A stretch of 44,185 nt of DNA, filler included, from Sphacelaria rigidula (Eukaryota), in assembly GCA_964200075.2 (NCBI GenBank). It is 2 parts of 2 records of this genome, joined end to end, with 100 filler letters (N's around TTAATTAATTAA, not from the genome) between each part and the next. Parts side by side here need not be neighbours in the genome. Positions count along the whole stretch, not along the records: positions 22,149 to 44,185 come from CAXNAA020000362.1; 1 more part is not named here. The stretch is one strand, 5' to 3'. The translations under genes were made by a program, and so were the position numbers. This document shows positions 36,501 to 44,185 of this stretch, one piece after another. Numbering within the stretch: the first letter of the stretch is position 1; each line of letters opens with the position of its first letter. A model generated the notes under the pieces. The model did not search any database. It was not told the origin of the DNA and worked only from the letters and a program-made list of their open reading frames with translations.

Positions 36501-39500
36501 CCGAAAGACCGAGTTGCTCCTGGCGAACATTCCAAGTGTTGAGCATCACTCGTGAACAGACGTCCAGGGTATTTCATGTTCGCTCACATCCCTCATCTGC
36601 AGTGATGTTGATGTATCATTTTCTACACACCGTTCGGTATGGCTGGTGCGAGTATTGTACACCTGTGGAGATCGTAGTTTCGACATTTGACGTGCAGGCG
36701 AGTAGAGTAGTGCCTCAGCATGGATATTCGAGTCCCCGCAAGACCCTGAGATGCGCCCCCTCGTATTCTGGCACCCTTCGTTGTACCGCCCAGGCAGACC
36801 AATTTGAAAAAATTCACGACTTCGCGCGAGCCTATGGCTCCCTCTGCTGGAATCTGAGCAAGGTGAGAAGTTCGCATATGGAGTCAAGAGGGCCTGGTGT
36901 GAGCTGGAATTCGACGCAAGCCGTTTAGGCCGGTGGCACGTACCTGCGAAAATGAACACGAATGGGGTGTCGTTGCACAGTCGTTGCTGGCAAATAACTT
37001 TCAAGGGGTCTGCTTTCCAGTTCGATTCCAGTAACAAATGATTGGTTTGCATGAAACTTGGGTATGTCAGGTGATACCCCGCAAAGATCTCCCGAGGATC
37101 TACACAATGTGTCTTCCGGTCAAGGACCGAGGACGGGGGGTCGACCTAACGGGACAAGGCAGCGCGGACGTCCCGGCACTTTCTAGTGGGTTGCAGGATT
37201 TACAGGTAAAACAGAAGACTGCATCCGGCATGTTGATGCATCTACCCCCTGCGTGTATGCTTACCTTGCAAGGTGATCAGTGCCGAGGTCGTCGCCTGCG
37301 CCGTTCTGTTGCGCTGCCTGTTTTTACTGACCATCTGTAATGCTGGGCTGTGTAGTTGGTGCTTCAGTTTTTCTGTCCGTCGCTTGTCGTCTCCGCTCTG
37401 TGATGTGCAGACAACTCGGGACGATGTGAAGGCGGAAGTGATGAAAGCGCCGAAGCGCAGAATCGACAACGTCATCACCCGTCTGACCGATTCCGTACAC
37501 TTGCTGCAAGTCCACACCCATGTAAGACATGAATCTGTCAGGCCAGCGCTGTTTGCATGGACGTGCAAGTTCAAATTACCTCGTGGTATCGAGTATACAA
37601 CCTACCCCCATTCCGTCTCGGATGTGACACTGATTCTCTTCGATTTTGACGTCTCGTTCGAACTCGTGCTCCCGTTTTGCAGTTATACCGAACGTATGAG
37701 GGTTTGGGTTACGTGACATCTAATCAGCCTACGTTTGATGCTAGATGCGTGTCAGGGCAGACCGGGTACGGCCGTCTTCGACCTTGATCCTTGTTTTTTA
37801 TACTGGATGTAGAAGCGCCCGAACAGCGTCATTTTTACACACCACCTGTCACACATACGGTCCAGCACACTCCGAGCTCGTGCTCCGTGGGGTCGTGTTC
37901 TGAACAATTGGCAGGGAGAGAAATCTGAAAATAAGAGCAGACGGGGAACGCATCAGTAAGGAAGATGTTGGGGTATGGACAAAATACGCTGATGCCCCCA
38001 TCCTCCAGGTGCATCCGTGCGTAAAATGCGCCGGGTGATGATCACTGCTGAACGTACTCTGTTGGCACATTCGTTTTACCACATGCCGTGTACGAGCCGG
38101 ACGTGAAACATCCCTAAACTGAGACGGGATTATGGGACAATTTTTTGGTCCCTCGGCAGTTCCGGTGCGCAATATTTTGTGGACATGTTTTTTCCGCCGC
38201 ATGGAGAGCATGAACTGCTGTCGGCACACTCGATGTCTGCCATTACATACTACCAGGTCCTGGAAAGCATGCAGAAAGAATTGAGGAAAGCGAGAATGTG
38301 GCGATACGGCATAACCTTCAGTGCAGCAGGCGCCGGAGGGGGGGTAACCGGTGCGAGCGTTCTCCTCGCTGCGCCAAACGAGTTGACAGCGGGGTTGGTG
38401 GCGGTTTCAATTTTGAGCACCGCTGGAATTCAGGTATGCCGAATCAAGTGTCAGGCCGCTTAACCTTTTTTTGATGAACGCTTCATGGTAATTTCCACCG
38501 TACATTCACTTTCTGTGATTTGTGTCTTACGAGCTTTTCGCAGATTGTTGTATCAAAATCTTCAGCGGTCACACTGTCATTTCTTTGTACAAATCATCTG
38601 GAAACGGTGGACGCTGACGACACGACGTCCCTCGGCGATTATCTTGTGAACAGCACCACTGAGCGTGAAGAAGTATGCTTGTGGAGAGATCATTTTCCCC
38701 CTGGCTAGCCCTCTGAAGAGACATGTTCTGTAGAGTCTTGCTCGTCTCCAAAACTGACATTCATACATTCTCTGAAGCCCGCTGTTTTTCGCTTTCCGTC
38801 TTGCCTACGTATCATGTTCAGTTCATGAACATGAAGGCGTTGAGAACCAAGGAGGAGGAGATGATCAGCATCGAAGGACTCAACAACTGCTTCAGCAGGT
38901 GACCATTTTCCGAAGAGGATGACGGAGTTGAAATCACTCTTGTAGTACTATCCCACCGATGTTCGCCGGTATCATCCCCGAAAACAAAGCAAGCTGTTGA
39001 ACATGATACTCGCCCCGCCAGGAATTGATAATTACGAATAGGTTTGGGATGACGGTTTCCTTCACCGATGTTCACGAATGCGATAACACGAATCGCGACG
39101 GGATCAATCATTTGTTGACTTGGTACTGGCACTGCCAGAAATTGACAGATGCCATTAGGTTTGGGAGGGGGATTCTTTTCACCGATGCGCACGAGTGTGT
39201 CAAGAGCGAATACAACACGGCCTCCTATTAGAGTCACTGCCTCGTCCAAAAGCCCCGGGACGGCTGTATGCCCAGCCCCGGGGAAATGACGTTTGCGGCG
39301 CACAAGGTGGCCAAGAACAACCGTAGAAAGTGGACTATGGTGACGAGCATACCTGTGGAGGGAGGAGGCATTCGCTATTCCTTTCATGCCGCGGGGATGT
39401 ACTCCACAGTCCAACAACTGCTATCGCCAGCTCGTCCGTACGGCGTACTCTGTCCGTGCGAGTTGTTCCTCGACATTAAGTTATCGTTGGGTAGATTCGC

Positions 39501-40081
39501 GTGCATCTCGTCGGGAGTCGATTATTCACTCACAAATTTGCGAGGACACTGCAGCTGCACCCAGGGGTTGCCATATTGCAACTGTCACCATTGGAGTGGA
39601 AAGGAGGGGAGTCCATTCCCGATGTGTCATTTTCATTGTAGTAAGTGACTACCAACGCGGGAGGTGTGAGAACGGGAGTGAACAGAGTGATAGACAGTTT
39701 GTTTGACGGGAGCCTATGCCGTGGGGGAGGGGGAGGGTGGGGCCCGACAAGAAATGGAGTGATACAAAGCTTGAATCACCACCAAAAATTACATCTAATA
39801 ACTGCCCAACGCAACACACGAAACAAATGATATTTCTCAACAGGGGCTATACACGTGAGCTGGCCGAAGGAGACGAGTCTATTGCAGCATCTTGGTCGAG
39901 AGTACGCGACGGTCTACACCTTACGCTGTCTTCACTTGGCCTGGATGGAGTCGGCAAAGTCAAAGCAAGCGAGCGGAAGGAGCTGAAACGAATTCTCGAG
40001 GTGGAAATCCCAGCATTGAGACGACAGGCCGCGCCCGTCCAGTTTTCTTTTTTCGGAACGACGAGCAACAGCAAGTCTTGA
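33513..40081 (+). CDS. Spliced gene for an EHD-type dynamin-superfamily P-loop NTPase lacking an EH domain, with putative mitochondrial presequence and C-terminal hydrophobic hairpin (537 aa)
   Basis: Hand-built model with GT-AG introns and matching phases. Exons: 33513-33591, 33982-34252, 34851-34980, 36029-36355, 36794-36862, 37071-37205, 37411-37521, 38257-38433, 38822-38898, 39844-40081 (1614 nt including stop). Motifs: G1 GNHSSGKS, APTDD, G3 VDSPG, EHD-like RGYDF..V..WFAERADVILLFFDP, G4 LNKAD across the exon 4/5 junction, then ARAYGSLCWNLSKVI. The first exon is the least certain. Confidence 0.88.
38950..39200. repeat. Degenerate ~117-bp tandem repeat in intron 9
   Basis: TAGGTTTGGGA...TTCACCGATG recurs at about 39039 and 39156, with similar upstream sequence. 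Confidence 0.6.
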
Positions 40082-40330
40082 CCGTTGAGCGATGGTGTAC
40101 GGTTTCGGGATCATGTACAACAAGATGCCATGTGGTACCCCTCTTGAACGAGATCATTGAGTTGCACTTCCCGTGGTGACACGAAATGTGTTCTTTCGGG
40201 ATACTCGTCATTGCGGGGGATGTGATGACCAGGGCTTGGTCTAATCGTACCTACGGGGAAATGTTTTGCCCAACGAACATCTGCCACGTGAGGTCTTTTG
40301 AAGCGTCTTGCAGCAGTATCGCCGCTGTAG

Positions 40331-40520
40331 GGAAGTGTCTACCATCTGGTACTGTAACGAGGCGAGGACCATCTCATATTTGCAGCGAGACATGCTCCGC
40401 CCAGTACCGTTACTCACACCTCCACCTCGGAGGTGTCTACCATCTGATACCGTATCGAGGCGAGGACCATATCATATTTGCAGCGAGACATGGTCCACCC
40501 AGCACCGCTACTCCCACCCC
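40331..40520. repeat. Two-copy 98-bp direct repeat downstream of the dynamin-like gene
   Basis: GTGTCTACCATCTG...CGAGGCGAGGACCAT.TCATATTTGCAGCGAGACATG occurs in units starting at 40331 and 40429. Confidence 0.85.
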
Positions 40521-42109
40521 ATAGCATGAAATAGATTTACTGCGTAAATTTTTTGCGGTGAAATCCATTAATGCGAACGTCGGATCCCGGTCGTATCCGT
40601 CCAGTGCCAAGAATATTTTTGCTACGTGAAAAGGTAGAGCATTGATGAACAATGTACCATCATTCTCCCCACATACACCACTTTCTTCGACTATACAATC
40701 TTCGCTCGGGACAACGGCATGTGCTTACAGTTACACGTGAACATCCTATTCGAGAATATCGGAGGTGTCAGTGACGAGGTACACAACGAGCGTACCCAGC
40801 CTAGTGGAAGAGCAGTGCGGGACAGGTGAAGGGCGTGATTGCTGCATACAGTGAGTCGACCCTCCTTCCCACCTCGTTGACAATGTTTCCGCTAGCTGGA
40901 GAGCAGGGGATGTGGTTGAAGGGGAAGGGCCATCACTCTGTGCACTAATCGTTGCAGTTCGAAAATATAAATTTAACGAGGCTGCAAACACTCAACAAGG
41001 CTGCAAATGGCATCCGCTATCCCGGAGAGATATATACGAATAGCGTTGGGCACCCGTATGAGGATGGGCGAGTGCATTCGAATGATCAAAACCACCAGTC
41101 AGTGCTGTACTTTCTCTCCCACGAAAACATTCCTTATGACACTGTTTCAGACAAATGCAAATACGACTGAGGAGCAAAGAGAGGTCATACACGGGTATTC
41201 AGTGAACAGCGACCACGTGTAAAAATGAGTCCGTTTTGTCATTGTTTGGCCGTTTTCTACGGAAAGTATCATTTCAGTCCCGCAGGACCTTTCAAATAAT
41301 CGAACACGTACACTTCCGCTACGTGTGCCTTGCTGAGAGGTCGAGTGTAGATTGAACGAAAACATGGACACCTGAGATGAGAGCCCACCTCAACAACTGA
41401 ACCAGGTGCGACGGGTGAAAGTAACCGTTTGGCTGCAACCCCTAGTGAAGTAAATGCTTCACGTCACTGGAAATGGACAACTCAACGCGGCATTTTCCCG
41501 CCAATATCGGAGAAACGAGGCCGAGAGCACAGGACCCGTACTCCCTCCGTCCTGGATGGTGTAATCGGTCGACAGGTGATGAAATGTGATGAGTCATGAT
41601 GCAGCCGCATGAACGACGGAAGTGGGGGGTGGAAATGGAAAAGCTTTCTCACCAGGGACCAGGGACGACAGGCGTATTACCATCGCCGAGTAAACCGCGT
41701 TGTTAGAAACCAGTTGGATTCTACCCGGATACGGGAGAGATGAAATACCAACAACGAACAATGTTATTAAACCCTCATCGGCAAGCGTATGAAAAGAAAA
41801 GAAGCCGAATGCTACTAGTCCCGATCTCAAGATGTAGGCGGCATATCGCTTCCGTCCCGGGTAACATTTCTACAGTCTTCTGCCTGCGGAAGACCGCACG
41901 CCCAAAAATGTCTTGTACCTGTGCGCGCACAAACGCAAGAAAGGGCAACTGCCATCTACATGTAAAATGGGGAAGTAATATCGTGGTAAACATACAAGTT
42001 CATCACTCCTTCCTTCTTCTCTTCCTTACTGCGTATCGCCTCTCCGGCGGAATTGACTGTCATTATCCCACATTGAAATCTGGATACTGTCATCTCCCCA
42101 TTGCTTAAC

Positions 42110-42905
42110 TCCTCCCTCAGAGCGTTTGTTGCTTGCCCGCGTCCGCATCCTCCATTTTGATTGCGAGGCGTCCGTGGTGAGCGGGTCGTCAGCGTCCAAT
42201 TCAGGGTGAGGTAGCGTCAGCGCGGTCATTATTTCCAACCCGCTACCCTGCCCACCGAAGGACTCACCAATGATTTTTGCTCAACACGGCCCCTCGTCTT
42301 TCCTGGTCACCCTTGTGCGCCTTGAAACGTACTTCTACGCGCTCAGGTGCTTGCCTTTCTCCGTGCTTGTGCTACAGTGTCCCGCCCCTCATGAACGCAA
42401 TATCCCCGGGTGTCACACCGGAGGGCTACTGTACGCGAACAATTCGGACGCCCTACATGGAAAGAAGTGTGAAACGCGCAGAGATAACCACAGAACCGTA
42501 CTTCCACCCCACGAGGAAATTAAGCTGTGTCCCTGCTTCGGCACTACCCAAGTCAGGGGGCGCCTCACACGTGCCCCTTGTCCTTTTTGTGCACTATCTC
42601 GATTTAGTCCCGATTTGACTGTTCGTAAAAACCTCACGTCTATTAGTTTGTGAAAATATTGTGACACCGATAGTCTGCCGACTGCCGTAGGGAGCTTGTT
42701 GCCCCTGGAAAAAAATAGGCAATCGCCTGCTGCGTTGCTTGACGATATTGATGAATAAAGACCGTACTGTGCTGTCACCATTCCTTGTCGGCTACGTTGA
42801 ATCCGATACTTACTTCGCTGTAATCCGGCAGCTTGATCCGTTGCACTACATGTAACGATTCGTACCGCTACACGAACCGCATATTTCGCTACGCGCTTCA
42901 GCGCC
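42110..42905 (-). pseudogene. Tyrosine recombinase remnant (DIRS/Ngaro-type YR retrotransposon or Crypton-like)
   Basis: Minus-strand fragments: GNKLPTAVGRLSVSQYFH, RVRRPLTW, VLWLSLRVSHFFPCRASELFA (box-I Arg at about 42452), GDIAF, VEVRFKAHKGDQERRGAVL, QATNALRE. Frameshifted; no H-x-x-R/Tyr box seen. Recognised from motif memory, not from a search. Confidence 0.7.
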
Positions 42906-43124
42906 GATTGCCCTCTCCACGAGGCTGCATGTAACAGTGTTTTCGTGAGATTGAGAGTAGATGACACGATTGGAAATGGCTTTGATCATTCGCTTTCAGT
43001 GAGTCATTTTATTATTCCACGTGTGCTTTTCTCTACCTCCTTCACTTGCGTGTGCTTCCAGCTACACGTCGATATCTTAGCCAGGGATATCAAGGGCCTC
43101 AGCGGCCAGCTATTATAGAAAACA

Positions 43125-43947
43125 TGTTGAGCCTCGTGGAAGTGCAGTTCGGAACCGAAACGATTCATTCGCTGATTGACCGCTTTCCACTCTAAATCGT
43201 ATCATTTACTCTCAATATCACGAAAACACTGTTGTTATAATGTGCCGTCTGTAGTCGCTTGCCACCGACGCCTTTTACACCCCTGACTTGCATAATATCG
43301 ACGTGTAGCCATCTACTCTTGCATGTAATGGAGGGAAAGGAAAGTCTAACGGGATGGATATTGGATGAGTTGAAGCGATTAATCAGAGCCACTCTCAATC
43401 AGCGCTCTACTCTCAAGTTTCACGAGAATGATGTTGAACGGCGGAAGTGCTCATACATGTCCGCATTGAAAAGGTACGGCTATGAACACGGTAACTTATA
43501 AAATAGCGATGTATCGTTTGTTGGGGATGACAAAGGCGGACGGAGGATTAAAATCTTCGTATCCGCACCAAATATTCGAAATATGGTCCCATTTCTTCAC
43601 CTACCGATAGCTATTGACAACTGCCACATCCCAAGGGAATTTGAATTTCGATCACCAACATGTTGGGGGTCCTCGGTGAAAAAAATATTTCGGAACCATT
43701 TTGGCGTCCGCCCAGACACCCGGAATTCCACAAAACTGTTTTTTCATCTAGGACCCCAACATTTCGGGGATCGAAATCCAAATTCCTGCGGTGTGTAACA
43801 GATGTCAATAGCTGTCAGTAGGTGAAGAAATTGGACCATATTTCAGTGTTTTCGTGAAATTGAGAGAGGATACGATTGAGAGTGAAGGGCGGTCAAAAAG
43901 TGAACGAATCGTTTCAGTTCCGGAACGCCCTTCCACGAGGCCCAATA
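43125..43947. mobile_element. Fold-back/MITE-like element with ~215-bp inverted arms; left arm interrupted by ~346 bp
   Basis: 43125-43231 mirrors 43844-43947 and 43578-43690 mirrors 43735-43844. An extra partial arm copy lies at about 42911-43000. Confidence 0.8.
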
Positions 43948-44185
43948 TGCCTCAGTGGCAAGCTACTACATAATAAAGCACAAAGCTTCACGTCCCCCTC
44001 CAACCCTTAACTTTAACTGCACCATCTGCTCTTCGCTTTCCTGTGTCTTTTCTTCCGCTATCCTGCGTCTTTTTTTGTTTTTTGCCAAGGCTCTGTCGAA
44101 AATATATCTCGGGACACGTAGGCCCCAATAACAGCCGATCATCTATGTTGAGGATGGTGCTTTTCATTGAGGATGAGAACCCGGA

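Noticed and set aside
38818-39417. 199-aa minus-strand ORF
   Set aside because: Antisense to exon 9/intron 9 of the dynamin-like gene, overlaps a degenerate repeat, and has no motifs.
40530-42000. Possible minus-strand exons or further YR-element domains
   Set aside because: Some open stretches and splice-like sites, but no consistent model or recognisable motif.

Overview
Eukaryotic, repeat-rich genomic DNA with GT-AG introns and roughly 50% GC. Repeat content and gene style suggest a stramenopile, probably a brown alga (inference). An artificial spacer at 22049-22148 (N44-TTAATTAATTAA-N44) splits the window into two parts that may not be contiguous. Left part (1-22048): a nest of Ty3/gypsy LTR retroelements. 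It holds one degenerate chromodomain-bearing element (5526-11163), a gag-only relative (16009-17314), solo or mini LTR insertions with 4-bp TSDs, and about six copies or fragments of a pol-less LTR element carrying a truncated gag, 114-bp repeats and an extra hydrophobic ORF. Four 5' LTRs from both families are followed not by a tRNA primer-binding site but by a 12-bp palindrome ATRAACGTTYAT that shows a compensatory change between families; this is the most unusual signal found. Right part: a TA-flanked Tc1/mariner-type MITE, a decayed RTE-like LINE, tRNA-derived SINEs, several long fold-back repeats and a tyrosine-recombinase remnant. It also holds a 10-exon, 537-aa EHD-type dynamin-superfamily gene with a mitochondrial-like presequence, a hydrophobic hairpin and no EH domain, head-to-head with an unknown low-complexity gene.
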